A DNA stretch of 64,000 nt from Rhodospirillales bacterium (GTDB lineage: Bacteria > Pseudomonadota > Alphaproteobacteria > Rhodospirillales > Casp-alpha2): contig JAVJVP010000017.1 of the NCBI GenBank assembly GCA_040221095.1, positions 21,708 through 85,707 of the forward strand. Reading direction: 5' to 3'. A program made the position numbers and the translations under genes. The notes beneath the pieces were generated by a model that was given only the letters and a program-made list of their open reading frames with translations, was not told the DNA's origin and ran no database searches. Numbering within the stretch: the stretch's first letter is position 1; every line of letters begins with the position of its first letter. Below, piece after piece: positions 1 to 8,849 of this stretch.

Positions 1-1
1 T

Positions 2-568
2 CTGCGCACCAAGCTGGACACTCTGAAGGACGAGGCCGCCGCCGCGGTGCTGCGCGACGAGGTCGATGGCATGACCCGTCTGGTGTCGCAGATGCTGGCC
101 TTCGCGCGCTACGAGCTGTTCCGCCCGGGCTCCGAGGAAACGGCGGACCTGCACGAAGTCTGCACCAACGTGGCGACGCATCTTGCACCCATCGCCATTT
201 TCGGGGATCGGCTGATCGAGGTTCTGGCCGACGGCCCGCCGGTGATCGTGCGCGGTTCTGCCCCGGCGTTGGAACAGGCGGTCCGTAATCTGGTGGAAAA
301 TGCCGTGCGCTACGCGCCGCCGCAATCAACGGTGACCGTGCGCATCACGGACGCGCCCGCGATCCATGTCATCGACCGGGGGGCCGGCGTGCCGAAGGAG
401 CGCCGGGCGACGATCTTCGACCGATTCGACCGCGCGGACCGGCGAGGGGACGGGGCTGGGCTGGGTCTGGCCATCGTCAAGCGGATTGTCGACGCCCATG
501 GCGCCACGGTCGAAATCAACGACCCGCCCGGCGGCGGCGCGGATTTCTGCGTCAGGTTTTCTGCTTAA
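2..568 (+). CDS. Sensor histidine kinase, C-terminal fragment (gene starts upstream of window)
   Basis: Frame is open from base 2. HATPase_c motifs: LVENAVRYAP (N box), IDRGAGVP (G1), GAGLGLAIVKRIV (G2). Stop at 566-568. Confidence 0.85.
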   Translation: MRTKLDTLKDEAAAAVLRDEVDGMTRLVSQMLAFARYELFRPGSEETADLHEVCTNVATHLAPIAIFGDRLIEVLADGPPVIVRGSAPALEQAVRNLVENAVRYAPPQSTVTVRITDAPAIHVIDRGAGVPKERRATIFDRFDRADRRGDGAGLGLAIVKRIVDAHGATVEINDPPGGGADFCVRFSA

Positions 569-800
569 TCCCGCCTCATAAGGCGTTCACCGCAATATTC
601 TCATTAATGTATCGGTTTGTCAGGTAGCGGTCAGCTTGATCGCCGAAACTTCGTTATGGATTTGAGCATCCAGGGCAGCCACCGATGGTTTTCCTGGATG
701 CGGCGGGTTCCTGACGATTTGGATGGGCCCACCGTTTTATGAATTCACCGTACCGTCGCAGATCAAATCGATTTGCGGCGGCTCACCCTCGAAACTTAAA

Positions 801-826
801 GCCGCTCCGTTGAGCGGCTTTTTTTT
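801..826 (+). terminator. Rho-independent terminator (gccgctc-cgtt-gagcggc followed by T8)
   Basis: Perfect 7-bp GC stem, 4-nt loop and an 8-T run read directly. Lies about 230 nt after the kinase stop. Confidence 0.6.
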
Positions 827-860
827 GTCCGCCGCCGGCCTGAGGGGAGGGGCGGACATT

Positions 861-897
861 CCCAAAGCAAAGGGGCGGCACCTTGCAGCGCCGCCCC
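861..897 (-). terminator. Probable terminator of the OmpA-like gene
   Basis: Stem ggggcggc (872-879) pairs with gccgcccc (890-897). On the minus strand it is followed by tttgcttt. Lies about 30 nt after the stop at 925. Confidence 0.45.
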
Positions 898-924
898 CTG
901 CGATGGTTCCGAGGAACGCCGGTC

Positions 925-1758
925 CTATTGCGTCAGGACCACCGTCACCCGTCGGTTTTTGTCGTTCTTGACGCCGTCGGCCGTTTTTTCGGCCAGCGCG
1001 TCCTCACCGAAAAACTGGGTAGTGGTTTTCGCCGGATCCAGGCCGATTTCCGTGAAGGCGTTCTTCACGGCATTGACCCGCATTTCCGACAGTTTGCGGT
1101 TGTAGTTCTTGTCGCCTGCCGTATCCGTATGGCCGGTCAGCACGATCGACTTGTAGCCGGAAATGGATTCCGCCATCACCTGGTAGGCGATCGCGGTCGC
1201 CGCTTCGTTCAACGTGGCTTTGTTGAAGTCGAAGTAGATGACGAATTCCTTGCCGGGCATGGCTTTCTTGGCGGCCGGCTTGGCGCCGCTCAGGCCCTTC
1301 ATGGCGTCCTCAAAGGCGCTGCGGCAGGCTGCGATGTCCTTGGGCTGGTCATTTTCTTCCTGCTGTTCCATCCAGCAGTCGAACATGGCCTGTGCCCGCG
1401 CCGCCTTTTCCGGAGAGCTCTTTCCGGCACCGGCGGCAAGGGCGTCGGTCAGTTTCTTACGCGCGGCGGTAAGGTCGGCGACCGCACCAGAGGGAATCTT
1501 GCGATCCTTCAGGTCTTGCGGACCCGTGTCCTTGCCCGCGGCCGCCATCTTGGCCCGGGCATTATAGTAGACCGCCGACCGGCTGTCGGCCTGATCGTCT
1601 TCGGAACGAGCAAGGTCGACATACTCCTTGAACAACGCTTTTTGGAAGTTATCGCCCGAAAGCGACATCTTCTTCGTGGCGTCCAGGTCGATGCTGGAAC
1701 AGGCGGCGACCAGTGCGCCGGTCAGTCCCAGGACAGCCAATCTGTTCAGGATTTTCAT
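925..1758 (-). CDS. OmpA-family lipoprotein with a helical N-terminal domain
   Basis: Signal plus lipobox MKILNRLAVLGLTGALVAAC. C-terminal OmpA_C motif TGHTDTAGDKNYNRKLSEMR...NRRVTVVL. SD ggaagga lies 7 nt before the ATG at 1758. Confidence 0.85.
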   Translation of the reverse strand: MKILNRLAVLGLTGALVAACSSIDLDATKKMSLSGDNFQKALFKEYVDLARSEDDQADSRSAVYYNARAKMAAAGKDTGPQDLKDRKIPSGAVADLTAARKKLTDALAAGAGKSSPEKAARAQAMFDCWMEQQEENDQPKDIAACRSAFEDAMKGLSGAKPAAKKAMPGKEFVIYFDFNKATLNEAATAIAYQVMAESISGYKSIVLTGHTDTAGDKNYNRKLSEMRVNAVKNAFTEIGLDPAKTTTQFFGEDALAEKTADGVKNDKNRRVTVVLTQ

Positions 1759-1853
1759 ATCGGTATTTCCTTCCAAGGTTTGAGAGTTGGGTTCTTATCG
1801 CTTAGGCGTGTACCTCACTCCCCCCGGCCGGCGGTTTTTTCAACCTTGCGGCC

Positions 1854-2336
1854 TTAGAACTTCAGAACAACATTCACCCGGCGGTTCTTGTCGTTCTTGA
1901 CGCCGTCCGCCGTCTTTTCGGCGGGCTCGTCTTCACCGAAGAACTGGGTGATGATCTTGCTCGGGTCGATGCCGATTTCCGAGAACATCTGTTTCACGTT
2001 TTCGACACGCTTTTCCGACAGTTTGCGGTTGAGCTTCTTGTCACCCGCGGTGTCGGTGTGGCCGGTCAGCAGAACGGCCTTGTAGCCGTTCATGGTGTCA
2101 GCCATCAGCCTGTAGGCGACGGTTGCACCCGCTTCGTTGACGGCGGCTTTGCCGAAATCGAAGTAGATCACGTACTTTTCGTCGGCACGGGTCTTTTTCT
2201 CGGCCGGCTTGGCCGCGGCGGGTTTGGCTTCGGCTTTGGCCGCGGTCGGTTTGGCGGTGTCGCCGTCCATGTTGGCGCAAGCAGCGACCAGCGCACCGGT
2301 AAGTCCCAAAACAGCAAATCTGTTCAGGATGTTCAT
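1854..2336 (-). CDS. OmpA-family lipoprotein, short tandem paralog
   Basis: MNILNRFAVLGLTGALVAAC lipobox. TGHTDTAGDKKLNRKLSEKR...NRRVNVVL. The 5' leader is about 65 nt homologous to that of the downstream paralog. Confidence 0.85.
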   Translation of the reverse strand: MNILNRFAVLGLTGALVAACANMDGDTAKPTAAKAEAKPAAAKPAEKKTRADEKYVIYFDFGKAAVNEAGATVAYRLMADTMNGYKAVLLTGHTDTAGDKKLNRKLSEKRVENVKQMFSEIGIDPSKIITQFFGEDEPAEKTADGVKNDKNRRVNVVLKF

Positions 2337-2646
2337 AGTCGTATTTCCTTCCAAAGAAATTGAGGGTTGGGATCTTGTTGCTTAGGCGCGCCATGCCCCC
2401 CGACGGATGGTGCCGGCCGATCAAACTCCGTACATTTTTAATTGTACGTACCGAACGCGGCGATTCGTCCGCTTGTGCTCCTCGTCAACAGTCGGGTGCA
2501 GAATTGACCATAATGTCGTGCGAAGCAAGCAGTGCAATCGCGGAAATCGATTTATCGCCCGGATATCCAACCCCGACGGGATGAAATACGGGCCTGGGGA
2601 AAAGGCGTCCTTGCGGCGTCACAATCCCGTGGCATAGAACGACGTC

Positions 2647-3324
2647 ATGAACATCAGGCTTTGCGTTTTCGATTGCGACGGAACCCTCGTCGATTCCCAG
2701 GACAGCATCGTGCGCTCCATGCAGGCGGCGTTCGGGGCATGTGGTTTGGCGCTGCCGGCCCCCCGCGACATCCGTCGCGTGGTCGGCCTGCCCCTGGCCA
2801 CGGCGGCGCTGGTTCTGGCCCCGGCGGGTACGGATGCGGGCATGGCGGAAAGCCTGGCGGAGGCCTACCGCGACAGCTTTTCCGAACTGCGTCGAAGCGG
2901 ACAGGTCGACGATCCCCTGTTCCCCGGCGTGCATGACGTCGTCGACGCCCTGGATGCGGCCGGGTGGCTGCTCGGCATCGCCACGGGCAAGGGGCGGCGG
3001 GGATTGGACATGACCCTGGACCGCCATGGCCTGAAAGGCCGCTTCATATCCCTGCAGACCGCCGACAGCGCCCCGGGCAAGCCGGCTCCCGGTATGCTGC
3101 TGAACGCAATGGCCGATGCCGGGGCCAACCCCGGCAACACGGTGATGATCGGCGACACCACCTTCGATGTGGAGATGTCCAATAATGCAGGTGTCCTCGC
3201 CATCGGGGTCGCCTGGGGGTATCATGAGACGGAGGAGCTGACGGCGGCGGGCGCGCGCCGGGTGATTCCCGGCTTTGAAGCCCTCGTTCCCAGCCTGAAT
3301 GAACTGATGGAGGCGTCAACGTGA
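2647..3324 (+). CDS. HAD-superfamily hydrolase (phosphoglycolate phosphatase-like)
   Basis: Motif I FDCDGTLVDS, motif III/IV GDTTFDVEMSNNAG. About 225 aa. Confidence 0.85.
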   Translation: MNIRLCVFDCDGTLVDSQDSIVRSMQAAFGACGLALPAPRDIRRVVGLPLATAALVLAPAGTDAGMAESLAEAYRDSFSELRRSGQVDDPLFPGVHDVVDALDAAGWLLGIATGKGRRGLDMTLDRHGLKGRFISLQTADSAPGKPAPGMLLNAMADAGANPGNTVMIGDTTFDVEMSNNAGVLAIGVAWGYHETEELTAAGARRVIPGFEALVPSLNELMEAST

Positions 3325-5630
3325 AGCGGCTGTTCAAGACCATATCGATCCTGGGCGTGCTGCTGATCGCGGTGGTGGTCGCCGCCGTTGCGGTGCTCAG
3401 TTCCCTTGATTTCAACGACTACAAGGGCGTCATTGCCGAAGAGGCCAAAAAGGCGACGGGGCGTGACCTGAAAATCTCGGGCGACCTGAAGCTCAATATC
3501 TCGCTTACGCCCTCGCTTTATGTCGACGGGGTTTCCTTCGCCAACGCGTCCTGGGGCTCGCGGCCCGAGATGATGACCCTGCAGCGCCTGGAGGCCGAGG
3601 TCGCCTTGCTGCCCTTGTTGTCCAGCAAGGTGGATGTGAAACGCGTGGTTTTGATCGGACTCGACCTGTTGGCCGAAACGGACAAGCAGGGGCGGGGCAA
3701 CTGGCAGTTCGGCGCGGCGGACGGCAAATCTGCCTCCCCCGCCGAGACGACCTCCGGCGGCGGCAATCTGCCGCTCGTCCGCAAGGTTCGTATCAAGGAT
3801 CTCCGTGTCACCTACCGCGACGGCCGCACGGGCGAACAGACGCGCCTGACCCTGCCGTCCCTCGACCTGGGGGCCGATGGGATCGATGCGCCGCTGCGCA
3901 TTGCCCTGAAAGGGGACGTGAACGGCGAGGACTTTTCCGCAACCGGCACGATCGCCTCGATCCGCCAGCTGACCACGGGGGGTGAATTGCCGCTCGACCT
4001 CAAGGCGCAGGCCTTGGGCGCCGACATGACCCTGCGCGGCACCATCGCCGATCCCAAGGCCATGACCGGCCTGGCCGTCACACTGGCGCTCAAGGGCGCG
4101 TCCATTTCCGAAACCCTGGCGACGGCGGGCAAGCTCGCCCCCCAGCTTGCGGCGGTGAAGGTGCCCGACCTTGGCCCCTACGACGTGTCGCTGACGGTCA
4201 CGGGGTCGTCGGCCAAGCCCAGCATCAGCAATCTGAAGGCGTCCCTGGGGCGGCCCGGGGAAACCTCCCTGACCGCCGCCGGGTCGATCGCCGACGCCAT
4301 CAAGGCTCAGGGCATCGACCTGCAGGTCGCGGCGACGGTCAAGGACCCCGCCGGACTGGCCAAGGGCCTGGGTGCCGAGGCGCCGCCGCTGCCCGCCGTG
4401 ACCGCCTCGGCGCGCGTCGCAGACAAGGACGGCGGATACCACCTGCAGGACGTGGATGTGAAGATCGGGGCCAGCGACCTCAAGGGCACGGCCTCGCTGC
4501 GCCTGGGCGGCGCGCGGCCGCGGATCGCGGCGGACCTGCAATCGGCGTTGCTGGATCTGGATGAACTTCTGCCCAAGGGCGACGGTAAACCCACGCCGCC
4601 GCCCGCCGATGGCCGCCTGTTCCCGGCCGATCCGCTGCCGCTGGACGGGCTCAAGGCCGCTGATGCGGACATCAAGCTGGCCGCCGCCAAACTGCGCGTG
4701 AACAAGATGGACGTGACCGACCTGCGCCTGTGGGTGCAGTTGCAGGGCGGACGTCTGTCCGTGAAGCCGCTGCAGGCGACGGTCGCCGACGGCGTGATTT
4801 CCGGAGAGGTCATCTTGGATGGGGACCAGGCCGTGCCGCCCCTTGCGGTGAATCTGAATATCGCCAAGCTGGACTATGGCAAGCTGGTCGCCGCCATGGG
4901 CGAGAAGCCCGTGGCCGAAGGCACCGCCGACGTGACGCTTAAGGTCGCGGGGGCGGGGACCAGCGTCCGTCAGATCATGGCCGGGCTCGACGGCAAGCTG
5001 CGCGTGGTTTCCGAAAAAGGCCGCATCGACAGCGCCCTGTTGAACGTGGCATCGGCCGATATTCTGTCGGCCTTGCCGCTGGTCGACAGCAAGGGCGACA
5101 AGGAATTGCGCTGTGCCGTCATCGATTTCGACGTCGTCAAGGGTGTCGCCAACGCCAAGGCGCTGGTGCTTGAGACGGGGGGACTGTCCGTGGTCGGTGT
5201 CGGCGGCATCAATTTGCGCGATGAGACCCTGAATCTGGTGCTCGAACCCCGGGCCAAGAAGACCAGCCTGCTGTCGGCGGCCATAGTGCCGGTCGCCCTG
5301 CGCGGCACCTTGGCCAAGCCCGAACCCAAGGTCAATCCGGCGGATCTGATGACGGGCGTGGCGTCCAACGTGGCCAGCGGCGCCGCCGCGATCATGACGT
5401 TCGGGCTGTCGGCACTGGCGCAAAGTGCCTTTAACCGCGCGGTCAGCACGGACGATACGGATTACTGCGCCCAGGCCCTGGCCGGCAAGCAGGTGGCGCC
5501 GTCGAAGGGGGCGGCGAAACAGGCCCCCGCCCAGCAGAAGCCGCAGGAACAACCCAAATCCGGGGTCGGCGGCGCCTTGCAGAACCTGGAAAAGGGTTTG
5601 GGCGGCCTCAAGGGCCTGCTCGGCAAGTAG
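3321..5630 (+). CDS. AsmA-family outer-membrane biogenesis / lipid transport protein
   Basis: N-terminal anchor KTISILGVLLIAVVVAAVAVL followed by DFNDYKGVIAEEAKKATGRDLKISGDLKLNISL, typical of AsmA. GTG start overlaps the HAD stop. Confidence 0.8.
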   Translation: MKRLFKTISILGVLLIAVVVAAVAVLSSLDFNDYKGVIAEEAKKATGRDLKISGDLKLNISLTPSLYVDGVSFANASWGSRPEMMTLQRLEAEVALLPLLSSKVDVKRVVLIGLDLLAETDKQGRGNWQFGAADGKSASPAETTSGGGNLPLVRKVRIKDLRVTYRDGRTGEQTRLTLPSLDLGADGIDAPLRIALKGDVNGEDFSATGTIASIRQLTTGGELPLDLKAQALGADMTLRGTIADPKAMTGLAVTLALKGASISETLATAGKLAPQLAAVKVPDLGPYDVSLTVTGSSAKPSISNLKASLGRPGETSLTAAGSIADAIKAQGIDLQVAATVKDPAGLAKGLGAEAPPLPAVTASARVADKDGGYHLQDVDVKIGASDLKGTASLRLGGARPRIAADLQSALLDLDELLPKGDGKPTPPPADGRLFPADPLPLDGLKAADADIKLAAAKLRVNKMDVTDLRLWVQLQGGRLSVKPLQATVADGVISGEVILDGDQAVPPLAVNLNIAKLDYGKLVAAMGEKPVAEGTADVTLKVAGAGTSVRQIMAGLDGKLRVVSEKGRIDSALLNVASADILSALPLVDSKGDKELRCAVIDFDVVKGVANAKALVLETGGLSVVGVGGINLRDETLNLVLEPRAKKTSLLSAAIVPVALRGTLAKPEPKVNPADLMTGVASNVASGAAAIMTFGLSALAQSAFNRAVSTDDTDYCAQALAGKQVAPSKGAAKQAPAQQKPQEQPKSGVGGALQNLEKGLGGLKGLLGK

Positions 5631-5658
5631 CCGCGACCGCGCGACCCGGAACCACGCC

Positions 5659-6381
5659 ATGCTGAAATCCGATATGAAACGGTTCTACCGCGACGTCACG
5701 GTCGCCCCCACTGTGCCCGATAACGGGGCGGGGGAGGCGTTCCAGATTCTGCTCGACGGCCGAAAGGTGAAGTCGCCCCTTGCCCGCGAACTTGCGGTCC
5801 CGTCCCGCCCCCTGGCCGAGGCGGTGGCGGCGGAATGGGATGCCCAGTTGGAAAAAATCCTGCCCGCGTCCATGCCGCTGACCCAATTGGCCTTCACCGC
5901 CATCGACCGCATCGCGCCGCAGCAGGCCGAGGTCGCCGACCGCATCGCCCGATACGGCGAAACGGATTTGCTGTGCTACCGGGCCATGGCACCGGCCGAT
6001 CTGGTGCAACTCCAGGCCGACTCCTGGGATCCGTTGCTGGCCTGGGCGGCGGACGATCTGGGGGCGGCGCTTGTGGTGACCGACGGCATCGTGCCCGTGG
6101 ATCAGCCCGAGGCGGCTCTTGCCGCGCTCGCCCATGCGGTCTCGGCCCTGGACGCCTACCGGCTGACGGCGTTGGCCGCCGTGGTGCAGGCGGCCGGGTC
6201 GTTGGTGATCGGCTTGGCGTTGGTGCGGGGGCGGCTGGACGCCTCGGCGGCGGTCGCCCTGTCGCAACTGGACGAAAGCTACCAGAGCGAGAAATGGGGG
6301 GCGGACAAGGAAGCCGTCGACCGCCTCGGCGCCCTGCAGGCGGAAATCGCCCAGGCGGAAACCTTCCTGGGGCTTCTCTAG
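5659..6381 (+). CDS. ATP12-family F1-ATPase assembly chaperone
   Basis: N-terminus MKRFYRDVTV is characteristic of ATP12. About 240 aa. HAD-ATP12 neighbourhood is typical of Alphaproteobacteria. Confidence 0.8.
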   Translation: MLKSDMKRFYRDVTVAPTVPDNGAGEAFQILLDGRKVKSPLARELAVPSRPLAEAVAAEWDAQLEKILPASMPLTQLAFTAIDRIAPQQAEVADRIARYGETDLLCYRAMAPADLVQLQADSWDPLLAWAADDLGAALVVTDGIVPVDQPEAALAALAHAVSALDAYRLTALAAVVQAAGSLVIGLALVRGRLDASAAVALSQLDESYQSEKWGADKEAVDRLGALQAEIAQAETFLGLL

Positions 6382-6402
6382 GCCGTCAGAACCGGATCAG
6401 TT

Positions 6403-6975
6403 TCAGTTGTAGATCGGGTTGCTGCCCGGTGCCGGGCCGCTGGTGTTCAGCCGCGCGGCGGCCCGCCCGCGCGGGGTCGGCAGTTCCGTCGGCGCCCCGT
6501 CGCGGCGTTCCCGGCCGCGGTAGTTGAGCGCCCGGCGCCGCCGGTCGGGGCCGAAATAGCTGTCGGCCCGGACATACAGGCGGGGGTTTTCGATCAGCGA
6601 CTTGATGCGCGAATAGATCAGGTGCGCGGAAAACGGCTTGGCCAGGAATTCGTTGATTCCGGCGTCCCGCGCCTTGCACACCTGATGCAGTTCCGTGAAG
6701 GCGGTGATCATCACCACGGGCGCGAACATGTCACGGCTTTCCGCATGCTTGCGGATGCGGTCAAGGAAGGACATGCCGTTCAGGCCCGGCGACCAGTCGG
6801 TCAGCACCAGATCGGCGGGAAAATCCTGGAACAATTCGAAGGCGGTTTCCTCGTCGCCGGCATCGCGCACGTTCTCGATCCCGAACTCGTGCAGGATATT
6901 GCGGATCAGATGCCGCATGGGCGCATGCTGCTCGACGACCAGCACGTTCAAACGTGAAAGATTGTAATCGGGCAT
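6403..6975 (-). CDS. Stand-alone CheY-like receiver with Arg-rich C-terminal extension (Cle-like)
   Basis: REC hallmarks: LVLTD (Asp), MITAF (Thr), FLAKP (Lys). Tail IENPRLYVRADSYFGPDRRRRALNYRGRERR. Paralog at 35643. Confidence 0.85.
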   Translation of the reverse strand: MPDYNLSRLNVLVVEQHAPMRHLIRNILHEFGIENVRDAGDEETAFELFQDFPADLVLTDWSPGLNGMSFLDRIRKHAESRDMFAPVVMITAFTELHQVCKARDAGINEFLAKPFSAHLIYSRIKSLIENPRLYVRADSYFGPDRRRRALNYRGRERRDGAPTELPTPRGRAAARLNTSGPAPGSNPIYN

Positions 6976-7057
6976 GCGTCCCCGAGGCTCCTCTTAACTT
7001 AAGCCTGACCGCGCAACACACCCTGATGAGTGGGCTCTTTCGGCCCGGATTTATTGA

Positions 7058-7118
7058 TTAACCATTCGCGGACACGTTCCCGGCGAACAGTGCGAGATGC
7101 TTATATCATGATGGTTAA
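7058..7118. promoter_or_regulatory. Pair of inverted TTAACCAT 8-mers (CtrA-type half sites) in a divergent promoter
   Basis: ttaaccat at 7058-7065 and atggttaa at 7111-7118, read directly. Located between the receiver gene (ATG 6975, minus strand) and pccB (ATG 7272). Confidence 0.35.
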
Positions 7119-7271
7119 CAAGGGGCTATGCAGATGAATGAAAAACCATTCATCTGTTATTCCAAATCCCGATGGGCTGGGTATTTTCGCTGGCGCAACA
7201 TAAGACCCGACAGTATCCTTTGGCTCCTCCCGAACCCCGCGGCGAAACGACCATCAGCGAGACGCGATTCC

Positions 7272-8804
7272 ATGTACGACATCATCCGGCAGCTTGAAGA
7301 AAAACGCGACCGCGCCCGCATGGGCGGCGGCGAACGGCGCATCGACGCCCAGCACGGCAAGGGCAAGCTGACCGCCCGCGAACGCATCGAGGTTCTGCTC
7401 GATCCCGGCTCCTTCGAGGAATGGGACATGTTCGTCGAACACCGCTGCACCGACTTCGGCATGGCCGAACAGTCGACCCCGGGCGACGGCGTGGTCACCG
7501 GTTACGGCACGGTCAACGGCCGCCTGATTTTCGTGTTCTCGCAGGATTTCACCGTGTTCGGCGGCTCGCTGTCGGAAAGCCATGCGGAAAAGATCTGCAA
7601 GATCATGGACCAGGCCATGAAGGTGGGTGCCCCGGTGATCGGGCTCAATGATTCTGGGGGCGCGCGCATCCAGGAAGGCGTCGATTCCCTGGCCGGTTAT
7701 GCCGAGGTGTTCCAGCGCAATGTCCTGGCGTCGGGCGTGGTGCCGCAGATTTCCTGCATTATGGGCCCCTGCGCGGGCGGCGCCGTCTATTCCCCGGCCA
7801 TGACCGACTTCATCTTCATGGTTCAGGACAGTTCATACATGTTCGTCACCGGCCCCGACGTGGTGAAGACGGTGACCCATGAGGAAGTGACCCAGGAGGA
7901 ACTGGGCGGGGCTTCGACCCATACGACCAAGTCCGGCGTCGCCGACAAGGCCTTCACGGACGACCTGCAGGCGCTGCTCTATCTGCGCCGCTTCATCGAT
8001 TTCCTGCCCGCCAACAACAAGGAAAAGCCGCCCGTGCGGCCGACGCAGGACCCCCACGATCGGGTCGAAATGTCCTTGGACACCCTGATCCCCGACAATC
8101 CGAACAAGCCCTACGACATGAAGGAGCTGATCGAGAAGGTCGTGGACGAAGGCGACTTCTTCGAGCTGCAGCCCGATTATGCGGGCAACATCGTGATCGG
8201 CTTTGCCCGCATGGAGGGCTCGACCGTCGGCATCGTCGCCAACCAGCCCATGGTGCTGGCCGGCTGCCTCGACATCGCCTCGGCGACCAAGGCGGGGCGT
8301 TTCGTGCGTTTCTGTGATTCCTTCAACATCCCCATCGTCACCTTCGTCGACGTGCCCGGGTTCCTGCCCGGCACGGCGCAGGAATACGGCGGCATCATCA
8401 AGCACGGGGCCAAGCTTCTGTATGCCTATGCGGAAGCCACCGTGCCCAAGGTCACGGTCATCACCCGCAAGGCCTATGGCGGGGCCTATGACGTGATGTC
8501 GTCCAAGCATCTGCGCGGCGACGCCAATTATGCCTGGCCGACGGCGGAAATCGCCGTCATGGGTCCCAAGGGGGCGGTCGAGATCATTTTCCGCGGCGAC
8601 CTGGGCGACAAGGAAAAGATCGCCGCCCGGACCGAGGAATACCGCACCCGCTTCGCCAACCCCTTCATCGCCGGCAGCCGCGGTTTCATCGACGATGTCA
8701 TCATGCCCCACGGCACGCGGACGCGGATCTGCCGCAGCTTGCGCATGCTGAAGAACAAGGACCTGAAGAATCCTTGGAAGAAGCACGGGAACATCCCGCT
8801 TTAG
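7272..8804 (+). CDS. pccB: Propionyl-CoA carboxylase beta subunit (carboxyltransferase)
   Basis: [50 protein letters not shown] and [19 protein letters not shown] are typical of PccB. 510 aa. Confidence 0.93.
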   Translation: MYDIIRQLEEKRDRARMGGGERRIDAQHGKGKLTARERIEVLLDPGSFEEWDMFVEHRCTDFGMAEQSTPGDGVVTGYGTVNGRLIFVFSQDFTVFGGSLSESHAEKICKIMDQAMKVGAPVIGLNDSGGARIQEGVDSLAGYAEVFQRNVLASGVVPQISCIMGPCAGGAVYSPAMTDFIFMVQDSSYMFVTGPDVVKTVTHEEVTQEELGGASTHTTKSGVADKAFTDDLQALLYLRRFIDFLPANNKEKPPVRPTQDPHDRVEMSLDTLIPDNPNKPYDMKELIEKVVDEGDFFELQPDYAGNIVIGFARMEGSTVGIVANQPMVLAGCLDIASATKAGRFVRFCDSFNIPIVTFVDVPGFLPGTAQEYGGIIKHGAKLLYAYAEATVPKVTVITRKAYGGAYDVMSSKHLRGDANYAWPTAEIAVMGPKGAVEIIFRGDLGDKEKIAARTEEYRTRFANPFIAGSRGFIDDVIMPHGTRTRICRSLRMLKNKDLKNPWKKHGNIPL

Positions 8805-8849
8805 GGACGATCTTTGCTATGATCCCCCAAGCAACGGGGATCGGATCAC

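Noticed and set aside
723-971. 82-aa plus-strand ORF between the kinase and OmpA genes
   Set aside because: It runs through two intrinsic terminator hairpins and into the 3' end of the OmpA gene. There is no SD and it has Pro/Gly/Ala-rich composition.
3222-5660. 812-aa ORF antisense to the AsmA-family gene
   Set aside because: Its composition is Arg/Gly/Ala/Pro-rich and low-complexity, typical of shadow ORFs on the opposite strand of GC-rich genes. The plus-strand frame has a clear family signature.
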